A stretch of DNA of 64,000 nucleotides from Botryllus schlosseri (Eukaryota), in contig CM119371.1 of the NCBI GenBank assembly GCA_051294905.1, positions 27,404,001 to 27,468,000 on the forward strand, in the 5' to 3' direction. This document shows, piece by piece, positions 30,300 through 43,989 of the stretch. Positions within the stretch are counted from its first letter, which is position 1; each line of letters begins with the position of its first letter. Below the pieces are notes generated by a model, which saw only the letters and a program-made list of their open reading frames with translations, was not told where the DNA came from and searched no databases. The position numbers and the translations under genes were made by a program.

Positions 30300-32410
30300 A
30301 CAGGTACACTTGACTCTAAACAGTCTGGCTGTAAAAAGGTTGCAGTAGTTAAAAAAATAAAATAGAAGAAAATTAAACGATGGTAGCAAATGATCAATGA
30401 AGCAATGTCTGGGCGAGGTAGGGCAACAGTGTTAGTGTCACGACAAGAGGTGATCAAGTAGGGCTTTTTGAATCTATTATAAGGCAATTCACGGATATGT
30501 GGTGGTAATGCATTCCAGATGATAGGTCCCGAGTAGTCGATAGATCTCTTAGTTAGGTTGCTATTGGGTTGGGGTAAGTAGATATTTCATCTAGACGAGG
30601 ATCTCGTGTAGTGGGAGTGGACATTTTTGGCAGGCATGAAAAAGTCATCAAACACAGGAGGCAAACTATTGGAAAAATATTTGTGAATGACTTTTGATAC
30701 TTCGAAGCGATATGGTTTGTCAACTTGCAAAATTCGGTGCTTACGGTAGCAAGGCGACAGTTTGGTACGTAAAGGTAAAGGTGAGATCAGCCGTATCGCA
30801 CGGTTTTGCAGGGTTCGAATTCTGCACAAAAATGTTGTGCATGCACTTCCCCATACTACGATTCCATATTGCAGGTGAGAGTGGAAAAGAGAGAAATAGA
30901 TGGTTCGTAGTATTGATCTGGAAACCAAAGATTGCAGACGGGTCATTATTCCAACACACCGAGCTAGTTTTGATGATGTGCATTCAATATACTGCTTCCA
31001 AGACATTTTGGCATCAATGGCGACGCCGAGATATTTTGCCGAGTCACATATGTAGATTTGTTTATGATTGATATTCACAGTGAAACTATGATTGGCATTA
31101 CTTAAAAGGAGCATCTCGGTGTTATCTGTATTTAAACTTAGTTTGATTGCTTGCAGCCATCTCGACACTTTTGGGAGTTCCCTATTCACAGATGCATGCA
31201 AATCATCGACAGTGTTGGAGGTTATGAAGAGGTGAGTATCCTCACCAAAAAGGGTTGTGCGGAATAAAGATGCATTAACAATGTCGTTAATATAAACGAG
31301 GAAAAAAGTCGGTCCAAGGACTGAGCCTTGTGGCACTCCACAAGTTATATCTCTGGTAGTCGTTCATAATGTCCCCAGTTTAACAAAATTGTTTGCGGTT
31401 TGCCAGTAGCTTTCAAGTAGAGTTGCTGCAATACCCCTGATTACATAGTGTTCTAGCTTGTATCTTAAGATTCTGTGGTTAACTGTGTCGAAAGCTTTGC
31501 GGAGGTCGATAAAAATGCTGCAGCCACTTTTTTTCTGCTCGATGGTTTTGTAATAGTCCGTTACAATTGATAGTATTGCATGGTTGGTGTTGTGGTTTCA
31601 TCTGAATCCATGCCGAGTCGGAGACAGTACTGCATTCAATTCAAAAAAATCATGAGTCGGCAGTCAATCAGTTTCTCAAAAACCGTGGCAAGATTTGGCA
31701 AAACAGATATTGGTCGGTAGTTGGAAATTAGCTTTTTACAGCTTTTCTTAAGCACTGGCATTACTCTGGCAGTTTTCAGTGCATCTGGGAAAATGCCTAG
31801 ACGTATCGACTCATTAAAGAAAATGCATATAACATCACCAATAATATTAAAGACTAGCTTCAGAAAGTGAGTTGGGATGAGATCGGGTCCTACTGCTTTG
31901 TTATTTTTCATTTCAAATAATATGATCGCAACTTCTCCTTCACTTGTCGGCTCAAGAAAAATGGATTTCTGAGGGCCAGGACTCAAGTACTCGAGAAAGT
32001 CATCGGAGGAGTTTGGTATTGAAGCTGCAAGATCCGGACCAATGTTGCAAAAATATTGATTGATCTTTTCTGCTACTACAAGCTGGTCTTTGATCATGCT
32101 GCCATTCTCGAGTAGCTCGATGTCAGCAGCACTCTTGGGAGCATTACCTTTAGTTAGGTTGATAATTTCTCCAATGGTTTTCCATGTGTTTTTGGGATCT
32201 TTGGGATCTTCCTTTATGGAAGTATGTTTTGTTGGCATTTTCTTTCATATGCGTCACTTGGTTCGCATATTTTTCGTTCATGCACCGTTTATAGTATATA
32301 GACGGTATATACTGAGGGTTTCTACGTCCGACATACAGACAGAGTTTAATAAACTTATTGAAAACTTTGATCGACCACGGATGTCTCAACGACTTCAACA
32401 GCTATTGAAG
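30300..32410 (-). mobile_element. 5'-truncated LINE (CR1/L2-like clade) ORF2 reverse transcriptase, disabled
   Basis: NYRPISVL, FIDLRKAFDTVNH, GVPQGSVLGP, FGED (degenerate FADD), KYLGVAID motifs in ORFs 31636-32238 and 30587-31336; stops and frameshifts lie between them. Confidence 0.95.
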
Positions 32411-33796
32411 TAAGCTACATGACGTTAATGAATTCAGGCACCGTTTTTAGTCTCTATATGCTTCGAACTTGAAGTTTACAGTAAATGCGATTCATTCCTT
32501 GTATAGGTGGATAAATTCGCGAAAAATGTGTCCACTCAGGAAGTACTTTCGCCGAGTGGAGAAGTTGCCCGCCCCTGGTTTGTATCCACAAGATGAGTGA
32601 AATCGTCACACCACCGGGGAAACATAACACCTATGAAAAGATGACGTACTTGAATCTCGGAATTTGCACCCGTCTGAAATCTATCAATTCGTGTTATAGA
32701 CGAAGATGCCCCCTATCGTTTCAAAGGAAGTCCCCCACGGTTAACTGCTAGCGGCATGCTGCCCTCGGTCAATGAATGCTCCTTTTTAAAATAGTTTGGT
32801 GAGTACTTTCACTCAAAAATTCTACTCTAAAATCAACGATGACAACTCGGACCAGCTCTGAACAAGACTGAATACAGTGACATAAGTCGTTTTCAAGGCA
32901 CATACGTTACCTTATTCAGTTAAGCCCAGGGTTTTTCAAGGATTAGTTTGGGTGACCGCTAAGTAGTGTTAAGAGACCACAAGTGTTTCGTTCAAATACA
33001 AAAATAGCCATATTTGCTTAAACGAATTATTTATCAGACTGCTGGAAGTGCACAATCACAACAAGTTTTTCAGGTTCTATCTCATGCAACAAAACAGATT
33101 CGCAATCCCGTTCTATCCGCCAGCTTCTGCTTATGTTTTCACACGTAACAAGTGATCATTATGCGCCATAAATCAGAAATAAACAATGACGAGTACAGGA
33201 GGTGCGCTTCTTCTGTGATCAACTCTTCGATTTAGCTGTTAGCTATACCTCCACTTATTCTTTTTTCCCGTATAATCGGCAGGACACGGCGAGAAACAAT
33301 CATAACTTTTGTTCTGTAGGTGCACGTCCAAATTTCAAGAAACTGCGGGAGAAATTTGGGGGACCAAAACCTTGTAAATCACTCGGTAGGACTATGTCAG
33401 ATTATACTCGCTTAATAACTTACTTGCAGCATTTTTTACGGTTTCGTCGCCAATTAATTTAAAATTGGAAGGCACGTATGGAGGCACATCAGGCGTAGGT
33501 GGCAGCAATCTCCGTCTTGGGGGGTCATTGATGATTTCATCTGTAAAATTAAAATGTCTATTTTCCGGAAGTGCTGCTGAGTAGAAGTGGGTATCACGAT
33601 TAGAGTAAAGTCGAACCCTAATGGAGTGTCGATTTCTGATGGTTCAACTCGACTATGGTTCGAGCCAGTGTGTTCGAGTACGCCCTTTATTATTTTAAAA
33701 CGAAAACCAATGTTGATGTGCTTTGTAGCCAGTGCAGTTGCTTTGAAATCTCAATAAGGTAGCATGTAATTCGATAAATGTAGAACAAGGCTGTAC

Positions 33797-34298
33797 CAGG
33801 ATAGTAATGACTCGACTATATTTTCAAAATGCGGAAATGACTCAGCTCGAGTCAATCTGTGCATGGACTCAACTTGAACTCGAGTCATTGCGGATGACTC
33901 GGACCCAGTCACATGACCCGATTCTCAGGCGGCCAAGACCGATATTTCGTTGTAACCGCCATGTTGGTATTTTTCCTACTGGTATTGGTACTTGAAAATG
34001 CGACCAGACACTGTTGAAAGCGGGGGTAATTAGTACATTTTATTACCGAACCTTTCGATTTTACCTAACGCATTTAGAAAATGTGGTGTTAACAAAGCTT
34101 CAATTCGAAACTGAGCAGAGACCGCAATGACTTGGACTCGGACTCGAGTCATATTACCGTGAATCGGACTCGACCTTTTGCTCGCTGACTTGGGCTTGAA
34201 TCGGTAGTGAATTGAATATGACTCGACTGATTCCAGTCAAACCTATAGAAGGGGGATTTACTTGTTACTTGGAGCCTTATGACTTGGTAACAACCCTG
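33797..34298. mobile_element. GAGTC/GACTC-rich hAT-like MITE
   Basis: CAGGATAGTAATGACTC...GTAACAACCCTG; flanks GGCTGTAC / GGATGTAT (6/8 match). Confidence 0.75.
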
Positions 34299-35000
34299 GG
34301 ATGTATCCAACATCACGCCAGCGACATCTCGGTCAAGTAGTTCCTGACCTGCAGTATTATCTCAAATCGCAATGACATACTCTCCAATTCGACATCATTA
34401 ATATGCACACTATTTGTAACTGGCATTATTGACCTCGATGCCGCGTTGAAAAGCATGTCTTTGGACACATCACCGTTATGAAGTCGAACGAGTGGTACTA
34501 TACAATAGTTGACTAACTTCGGAATAGAATCCGTCGATACCACGATTGGGGGTCCTATAGGTATGTAAACATAGCTTTTGGGGGCTCCGCCTCCACTTCC
34601 TTCTAACATCTATTCTTTCCAACCTAATATTAGGGCGTTATATGTAACAGAATTGCGTGATGTGTAAATGACTCTCACACGGCTTTAAAGCGGGCTTGAA
34701 TGTTAAATTTCTGGAGCTCCCGAGTCTTCTTTTATCTTACTTTGTCAAATTATAAAAGAAGTGACCTAGTTAACTATAGCTCGTGTCTTCATATCGCAGG
34801 CAGCGCGAAATAATAAAATAGGGATACAACTACTTCAGGCTAAATATACCACATCAGTTGGAAACGCTATATCGGCTGACATTAGTAACAAGCCAGCACA
34901 CCACGTCAAGGTTTAAACCAAACTATGGATTGGGCCATATCTATTATTGCATGATTGCAAAGATAGACTACATCAAAACCAAGTAGGCCTACCTCTACCG

Positions 35001-35828
35001 CAGGGGTGTCAAACATACTGCCCGCGGGTCGCATCCGACCCGCCAGCCCATTTCATCCGGCCCGCGAAGCTATTTTGGAAAATGGCTGTATTATTCAGCA
35101 CATTTCTTTTAAATGTTGAGATTTATCATCAAATAATCCCTAAATATAGCAAATGTCGAGTATGTTCAATTGTTTATAGGTCACATAACCATCCGACAGT
35201 GGTGTTGTGGTTTCACTCTAGTCTCCATCAGCAAGGAAGAGCCTTCATTTACGTTCAATTCCGAGAAGGCAAATATGCACACTCAATCACGAGTTTTACG
35301 GGAAAATGGACCAAACAGTAGTTATTCACAGAAGTGAAACCGCCATAGTGAGAAACCGGTATATGCAGATTACATGGAGATTTGTTACACAAAAACATAT
35401 ATCAAATATCTGTGGACGCACTCCCAATTTCGCTTATGTCTTACCAGAACCTCTGCATACGGAGAAACCCGAATCGAGTAATAATAGTAATGAACCAGCT
35501 TCAATATATCCTTCGTATTCCTCATAAAGCGCATACTGATGCGGTAGGCCTATATCGTCCTTATAGCTACTTTTATAGCTGTTTTTATTGCCATATTTAA
35601 CCAGCTATAATCTTAATTTTGCTAATTCCATTGTTCGCTAATAAAAGCTGTTTCTAGAGTAGAACCCTATGATCCGTTATAATTTAATATCTTATTGTGT
35701 AGGCCTGATAATTGAGGGATCGAGAAAAAAACAAGGATATGGAATTTCAATCATTTGAATAATCCAGCCCGCGAGCAATAAGAAGGTTTGAATCCGGCCC
35801 GCGAGGCAATTTGAGTTAAACACCCCTG
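35001..35828. mobile_element. Non-autonomous hAT MITE, 828 bp
   Basis: CAGGGGTGTCAAAC...GTTAAACACCCCTG; perfect TSD CTCTACCG. Confidence 0.92.
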
Positions 35829-37010
35829 CTCTACCGTGTGCAGTGCCTTGGTGATTATCGCGATGTGGTACTTTTTTAACAAACGCAGGAATTTGATGAT
35901 TGACCCGTCCGTACAGACTCATCTTCTTGATTCGTACACGGATTTCCACATTTATTGGCTATAAACCTAAGAAAATGCGCTTAAACCAAAGGGGTTCTGG
36001 GAGACCGCCCACCTCGCCCATTCCAAAAGCCACCACATGGCATGACTACGAAGTTGACATTGAAATTGAATTTAGTGAAATATTTTAATGATTCTGATAC
36101 AAGAGCTCATGCTATGTCAGTGGTTCCCAATCTTATTCGACTCGTCGCCCTCTTCTCCAGCTCAGCGCCGGTTAACACCCCCATATTTTAGGAACCGAAA
36201 AAAGAGGACATATCAACATGAAATTTTCTACAACTAAACTCTGATCGCTGGTGAATTCACTAAAACGGGTCAATGTTTCGACATGGCTCCCAGAAGATCC
36301 GTCTCCACGTATAGTCGGTGGAAGTTTGACCTTTGGAGGCAGATCCAGAACAATCTGTTTTCACGTGCCGATTAGTTGAATATAGATCTTCTAATATCCC
36401 CAACACTACGGGTTTCTGTATAGTTGGTGGAGGGTCCACTACTCTTTATAGTAGTCGCAAACCCTTCATTCACATTAGAAATGGCGTTGGCGAAACTCAA
36501 TTCATACGAATGCGGTATCGGAATTCACAAAGCAATAGCAAATACCACACGGCAAATTGCGGGTAGCGCGAAAATAATATAAGTTATCGAAGATATTTTT
36601 TCAAAACATTTATGTGGAAATTCGCCATACGTTCATTCGTGTGTAGTTAGTGCCGTATGGGCTCGAAACGTAACCAATCTAGCTACATAAAAAACCTACC
36701 CCCAGACTATTTGACATTGGGCACTTTTTCGCGGCAGCCTGAACTTTTTCAACGGGTGGCATCTGACACATATCCACCGTACACACGACCGCGCCAACGA
36801 CTGCCATCATAGCAAACTGAAACGTGCGCTATACACACGCAATGTAAGCTTGAGATATTTCATGAAATTGAAATCACAACACATTATTGGCGATAACGGG
36901 TATTCCCCAGCAGAAAACCCTCAATGGATAAAACAAAATATTGCTCTGTGCATCGATATATACGAGAGAGGGATAGGGACATTCATTTCAAATAGAAAAC
37001 GTGTACTTAC

Positions 37011-37050
37011 CTGACGAGTAAGTCTCGTCAGACATTGGATCTTCTGCCAT
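37011..37050 (-). CDS. Candidate alternative first coding exon MAEDPMSDETYSS(D)
   Basis: gtcATGG start with an in-frame stop upstream; consensus CAG|GTAAGT donor. Phase 1 matches the 28891 acceptor (G+AC = Asp). Confidence 0.6.
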
Positions 37051-37714
37051 GACGTTAACGTCAATGCCTCCACAAATTCTCACGAAAGTACGCAGTACGG
37101 TAAATAAAATAAGTTAATACCTCTTCAAGCAAAAGAATAACAGTCAGCTCTCAACTCTGTGACATCTCACATAGTTCAGGGGACATAAAAATACTGCCAA
37201 ATGGATATTCAGCTCTACATTACGTAATTACCAACCATTGTCCATCGATGCGTGTACGTTCCAAATTACTCTATGTTATATACCGGATGGTTAACATGCG
37301 GCACTAACAGGATTAGTTGCTCAGAAGGCCTGAATCGATAGAGAGTTGGTCTATGAGTTCGACAGTCGATTACTTCCTTCGTCAGTTATACAAATGCTTG
37401 TGTATACCTGATGTCTGTCCAGTGTCTAGTTGTGATCCTTCCACGGAATTGTCCTCACTCCACTAACGATAATTTAGAAATTTTCCCTCTGTCACCAAGG
37501 TAAACTAAGCCTCATTTATGTAGCAAGATATTAGTATCAAGCCACCTGCATAGAATAACAACGCACGTTGAGGTGCACCGATCGGCTTGTCTGGACAAAA
37601 CGGCAGGCACACGATCAGTGATGCTATAAACGGAAAATAATAATTAGCCAATCCCATCTGCGAGTGATGACACAGCTACACGGTAGTTAACACCTTTAGC
37701 GATCGTGAATGAAC

Positions 37715-37833
37715 GGGTCATTAGGTCAAGGAATGGACGAAGGTATAAGCTACGAAATCAGATCCTGCCAACCAGTCTTGTGTGTGCAAGAGGGTCATAT
37801 GCACTGTTAATACGTGGGCGGGAGATAGGGTCA
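37715..37833 (+). promoter_or_regulatory. Cluster of nuclear-receptor half-sites including a DR2 (GGGTCAttAGGTCA), plus a GC box
   Basis: DR2 at 37715-37728, further GGGTCA at 37793 and 37828, GGGCGG at 37816, CCAAT near 37648. Lies about 0.7 kb upstream of the candidate first exon. Motif match only. Confidence 0.3.
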
Positions 37834-38432
37834 TTTACCAGATCTCCACCATAGGTAGGGTACCAAATGGTAACAACGTTTGCTTTCGCATCTACTTCAA
37901 TATATGAAAACGAGTAAAATGAACCAAATCTTGTGGAGATATATCCCAGGGCGTGAAGTCAGCTATACTTACGTCCACTAATTTTTCGCATTTTAGTGAG
38001 CTGTAACACGATAACGGAATCCATTCTACCCCGGAGACATATCTCAATAACAATGGGTGTACCTCACTCTTGTTCACCCACTAAGGTGGACGCAAAGGAA
38101 AGACTGCGTAACACAAAGCAGCGTCTGTCTGATTAGCACCATACGCTATGACGGAAATCGACGATATAAAAGGATCTTCGTTTGCAGTGTGTATTCTATT
38201 GCATATCTCAGTGCGACTGTCGAGTATGCTCCGCATATATGTTAACAGGGATGTAAATGACCAAACGGTTCGATATCTAAATTAACCTATACTCGCGGAG
38301 ATGACAAGGAAATACTTCTCTTACGCCTGATTTGTTGCTTGACGTTCCTTTCATTGAAATCCAATCGGCCGTCAACCTTAAGAATGTATTCGGAATTGTG
38401 GATCGTCAACGTAAACCTTATTATCAGTTAAG

Positions 38433-39274
38433 CAGGGGTGTCAAACTCAACTTGCGTCGCGGGCCTGATTCAAACCTTCAAACCGATCGCTGACCGCACC
38501 AATCAAATGGTTCCAAGATGTTTCCTAAAAATGCACGCCCCTGCTTTTCGCTTCATTACTTTATTATCACTCCTGTATACATAGGCTAATAATATATTTC
38601 AATACATTACGTATTCTTGAAACACTTGTATTAGCAAACAACGGAAGTTTTTGGCAAAAATTCGAAGATTAGAAATTTGAATTCAACCGCTAAACCACTG
38701 ACTATAACGACGGAATAAGTTAGCAGACATCTATGCTCCTTTTGTTTTAGTGGTAATCTGGTGCTAACTCTGCATAAGCGTTGTGGATAAAACAAGAGAT
38801 TTAACTGTAAACGAGAACTTTACAATTTGGCCCATTATCATTCATCGTGATTAGGATTTCTCTGTCTAACAGGGACCTTTTGAATTGGAATTGATACAGC
38901 AGTGCGACCAAATAGATTTGAATTACACTATTTTGTAACTATTATATTCTTCAAGAGACCTGCGTATAACAGTTGGGTTTTGTTTTGTTTTTGTCTCGCG
39001 AATAACTACTTTTGTGCGCATTGTTACCAGTGTGTATGTCTTTGAGTTTTAGGAATTGGACGTCAGTGTCACCAACTTGTTCCAGATGGTGACTAGAGCG
39101 AAACCATAACACCGCTGTCGAATGAATATAACATGGCCTAGGATCTTGAAATTTGCTGCTTTGTGGGAAGTATTTCTTACTATAATATTTCAAAATTTGG
39201 TAAAAATGTACTGGATTATACACGACACTCCAATCTACTGACTTGCTCCGCGGGCTGTATGTTTAACACCCCTG
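38433..39274. mobile_element. Same family as 35001-35828, inverted (further fragment about 40040-40300)
   Basis: Matching TIRs and reverse-complement internal homology; TSD degraded. Confidence 0.8.
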
Positions 39275-42200
39275 AGTGAAGGTTTTCCATAACGGAGTAG
39301 ATCTGATTTTTACGAGTTATATTTCGCCTAATAGGCGCGAAATTGTTCACTATCATAAAGGAAGGCGTGCCTAAAGAAGTTTGCGAACCACTGTTTTAGA
39401 GTTTCAATAGAAGAACGTGTATAGCTAAAATGTATCATGTTTAACACTGTTTTTTAATTACCCGTCACTTTCTCATTACCTAGTATCAGCACATTCACTG
39501 AGCAGCATTTATTAACAATGTCATTTAGAAATAACATTGATACGCTGAAGAATATATAGCTAAATTATTTTACTCTACCCGCCAACATATTTATTTTTCT
39601 CATTTGGGTCGCGGAGGAAAATAATTGTCCACCCCTGCATTAGACTATCTGGTGGGACTGCCAGCAGTCTGATTTCTCTCTTTAATATCTTGCGTTGTCA
39701 CGATAAAGGGGGCGTGTCTAAAAAAGCTTGAAAACCAGTGGCTAAAACGGTGGCGGTAACGGCGATATGAGTCGGCATACTTCTTACCTCCCTTAGCTTT
39801 GGTCATTCAAGCGGGGACGTCGGAATTTGGTTTAAATCACGATTAATTTGTCTCTGGATTTGGGGAACCTTTTGAGTCGGAAGCAACACAGCAGTTCGAC
39901 CACACATACTCGAATTATATGATTTGAGTGACTATAATATATTCTTCATGAAACCGCATATAAAGTTTTCGCTTTGGCGTTTTCACTTCTGTGAATAAGA
40001 ACTTTTTGGTTGATTTTCCGTAAAACTTGGCTCAATGTGCACTTTTATGCCTTCTCGAAATTGGGTGCCAATGTCTTCGACTTGTTCCTAGTGGTAGCCT
40101 AACTAGAGTGAAACCATATCACCGCAGTCGGAAATGGTTGTGGCCTGCGAACATGCTCGACATTTGCAGTCCTGGAGGATTATTGAATGGAAGTATTTCT
40201 TCAAACATCTCAACATTTGTTACCGATGTGCTTGATAAAATGCGCATTTTTTCAATCTACTCAGAATTGCTTCGCGAGCCGCATGTTTGACACCTCTGGA
40301 CTACATAAAAAAAAACAATCGAGATTGAAGGCTACATTAGGGCTAACAGACTAATTCCTAAGCGTCATAAAATGACATATTGATTCGAAGCATGCAGAAA
40401 AAAACTAGCCGTGACTCCTTCATTGACAGTGGATAGTAAGCAAGGGTTCTCGGCCTTGACCGTTGAGTTCTGGAGCTGGAATCTTCTAATTGAGCCTGGA
40501 CATAATATGCGATTATTCATAAATGCTATTACCCGGATTGAAAAGCTTGTACTTACTAAACGCTTCATCTATCAAATGACATTGTGTTTTCTTGCTGCGT
40601 GGTGTTATGGTACAGTATTAACGTCAATACGCGGTAAGTGCAAGTGTCGTTGCGTAAAATAAGTTACTTGTAAACCAGACGGTACGCAGTAGCCTAAATA
40701 GTAAAAATAAATTAGTGCTACGCCATCGTAAAATGTTTGAGACACAGTTCAATAGTGGCAGGAGGCTGAGTTACTGCTACATCCGCAAACTAACTATTCA
40801 TTTACCATAAACACTACCATTCGCTGAACTGCCTCGTGTTTTGTCAGAGATGGCCCATGTATTAGCAAGACAGAGTTGATGTCAATACCATTTAATTTTA
40901 ATAATCAACTCAAGATTTGAAAACATCTGCTATCCCCTCATTGATTCCAGAATTTTCCTTATATTTTCAATTGTCATTGTCAATTAACTATGACGTCACA
41001 ATAGGATATTCGTGTACTCATGACTTGAAACAACAATGGAAAACTTGTTTTAAACATGTTTGCTTTAAATTGATATTTGTTTTAAATGCAACTTTAAGTA
41101 CGCCCGGATCCGTACGATTATAGCTCCTCAAACCTTCGTAAATTCTTCTGGGGGAGCTCCGACGTAGTTCAGCGTTATTTAGTGAAGCAGCAAGAAATCT
41201 ATTGTTTTATGGGTTTTTTTTACCAACATCCGAGTCGGTACAGCAAGTAGCCTACTTCGTTAGCGTACCATATGCGATGGTATACCTGCTGTATCAATAA
41301 TTGTTTTCCGTGCGTCAGGTGATTCTACGCTTAGTTCTATGCATATGTGTCAGTTCTATGCATATGTGTCATTTGCTACTCTGGTACTGCAACTACTGTA
41401 TCTCATCACATCTATAACTCGTAAGATATCTTACTACAAACTACGGTAACCGACTACACCCAAGCATCCGGTGATTCAATATGCATTCAATTTTATTCGA
41501 TCTAAGAAAACTGTATAAAATACTATTAGTTTCATAATAAAATTGCAACAGGCACGTATGAATTTTCATTGCACTGCACTTTTTCACTCCGTAATCGAAT
41601 ATAATAACGTAAAAATGGATATTGATATTGCGAAACAAGATAATAAAACTGACGTCCAGATATCGAACGTGTCAGTGTCTTCCTCCAGGACGGAATAAAA
41701 TAGAATTGTTATGCTGCAAACGACGATAGCACAGGAGATCATCCAGACTGACGTCTTCTCGTTGAAATCTGAAAAAGTATGTTTGAAAACCTTAGTTCTG
41801 AGTAGTTATGCGTGTATCGACACGATGCGAACTGTAAATTCGACAAGTAGTTCTGATCAACTGGTAAAATCATGCGAAATTTACTTTTTGAAGCTATTTC
41901 ACTCCAGTGGTTTTTATACCTTCATATTTCCATTTCAACTTCAGGTAAGTCTTGGAAATGGCTAATGATCAGTGATTCCCTACCGCGTCTCTCACAGTTG
42001 CATTTGGCACAGAGATGAGCGGATTTGAAATTTCTATGTCCTAATCCAATCCAAAGCCGAACCTTCAAATCCAAATCCAAATCCTAAACCATAACTTTTT
42101 CATATTCAAGTCCATGTCCAATCCTAATCCGATTCCAACTGGAAATTCAGAAAAAATACCAATTTATGCAATGGCGTGATTCGAAAATTTTCTTTCACAA

Positions 42201-42987
42201 CCAACGATTCACTTGATTCAAGATAACTTAGTAACCATAAGTACATTATTCTGACAGATCTGAATAAAGTTTGTCGCCATTCGCCACACGACATTTCAAT
42301 CTCCCAGAAAATAGATAAATCCAATCCAAATTATAATTGCGCTCAAGGATTATCTGAAACGGAGGAAGAGCTTATTTGTAGACTAGCGTCAAACGCATGG
42401 CTCATAGTCAAGTTCAAATTGCAATATTATAAATAGGCTCAGCGCATTATCCCCCTCCAACTTGTGCATTTAAGTGCTTTAATGCCTGAAGAGAGCTATG
42501 ATATAACGACAAATATGGTATGCCGTAGTAACGATATGCATTTTCGGTTCATCTCAATGCATAGCACACGCAAATGTGCGTCTATCAATGCTAAAATCTA
42601 TAGCAGTCTATGTGCAATGAGCATGCTTTTTAATTAGCTGCATGATGGGATTTAGTGGTAAGCTTGCTGCCTTCAAATTGTCATTATAAGTACTCCAGTG
42701 TTTTCATCCGGCTTCACAAGTACTCTACAAGTTTGAAACGCGGCTCCGACATCCAAAAAGGCTCGGAACCACTGCAATCAACATTTTGAAATTACAGCAG
42801 TATAGTTATCAGACCTATTTACTTCTACTTCAACTTGTAACTTTAACATGAAATAGTATATTAATTTTAGTTGAGCAGCAAAATTGCTGTCATAATTTTA
42901 TCACCCCTGACGAATATCCAAAAATGCAATTCAATCGATTATTGAAAGTCATATTCGACTGGCAGCACGCACAACAATTTGCCTCAC

Positions 42988-43194
42988 CAATGTCGTCGGA
43001 TTCTTTATTTTTGCTACGTAGTCCAGCAGGTGTAGAACCTATGGTATTTTTTGGCCTTGTGTGGAAATCTGGACTAGCAGCATAGTTATCTGGATTTGGT
43101 CCCTCTTCTATACGGCAAAGCTCGGTTTCCACAGACGAATCGCTTGGTTCGGACCGTGACATTTCGTGTTTACGCGTTCGGATTCCGGGAACAT
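42988..43194 (-). CDS. Open phase 1-1 exon of the upstream chain (DVPGIRTRKHEMSRSEPSDSSVETELCRIEEGPNPDNY...KESDDI)
   Basis: ttgcag acceptor, G|GTGAG donor, 207 nt with no stop; lies inside ORF 42890-43258. Confidence 0.7.
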
Positions 43195-43989
43195 CTGCAA
43201 GTCGCAAATTGTATACGGTATCATGCGTCGTGCTATGACAAGATATCAAGGTACACACGCGGTCATATAGCTACACGGTGTACCTTTGGAATAGATTATA
43301 TTGCCCAAAACAAGTCAACATGCTGGACAAGTCAGTAAGTGATCGGTTATGTCATCATTCTTGCAGTAAATATAAGGGAAATATCAATTTAAATGGGTAG
43401 TCACTGGTAAAAAAACAGTATGACATTTCATTTGTAATGGTATTCCCAATCCCTTCGTTCTACTGTACAATATCCAAATTGTAAAACGTAGATAGAATTG
43501 GAAGGAGTAGGAGTACATAACCACTCCAGCCCTCTCTTCGAATATCTGTGCTCCTTTATTGTAAAGGCAGAAGTATCCAGTAGGAGCTGTGGCACATACG
43601 CTGGAAACGCCTGATCTCGAGTCTGGTTTTGCCTACCTGCACTGCATGCTCTAGTGGTTAAGTTTACATTCTACTTTCACCTCTGAGAAGGTTTTCTGTC
43701 AACATTCCCTTATTACACTTTCGATTGAGATGTAGGTTGTAGTAGGATGTAGTAGTCTACTTATGTGGATATCTTCTCATTGCTTTTATGGTTGAAAATC
43801 TCATAGAAAAAATCCAGTAATGAACCTTGGCAAAACGGCCGCTGTAACTGATGATGATGATGATATATTACGAAAATTCACCCCAGCTTGCCCATTCAGC
43901 AAGTCGAGCAAGTGTTATTTATCAATTTTTTTCATGCAGTATAGGGAAAGGAATCACCGGATATGGTCAGCAACGAAGTACTACTACAT

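Larger units (their letters stand above)
29960..32577. mobile_element. hAT MITE containing a LINE insertion
   Basis: CAGGGGCGGGCAAC...GTTGCCCGCCCCTG; TSD GTTTATAT / GTTTGTAT (7/8). Confidence 0.82.

Noticed and set aside
30694-32413. Plus-strand ORFs 30694-31071 and 32060-32413
   Set aside because: Antisense shadows of the LINE ORF2.
36118-39393. One large hAT element capturing the alternative first exon
   Set aside because: The outer TIR-like ends have non-matching flanks (TGCTATGT versus TTTTAGAG), so they belong to different elements.
40365-40568. Possible extra phase-1 exon (acceptor tgtccag near 40500)
   Set aside because: No canonical donor found before the stop codon.
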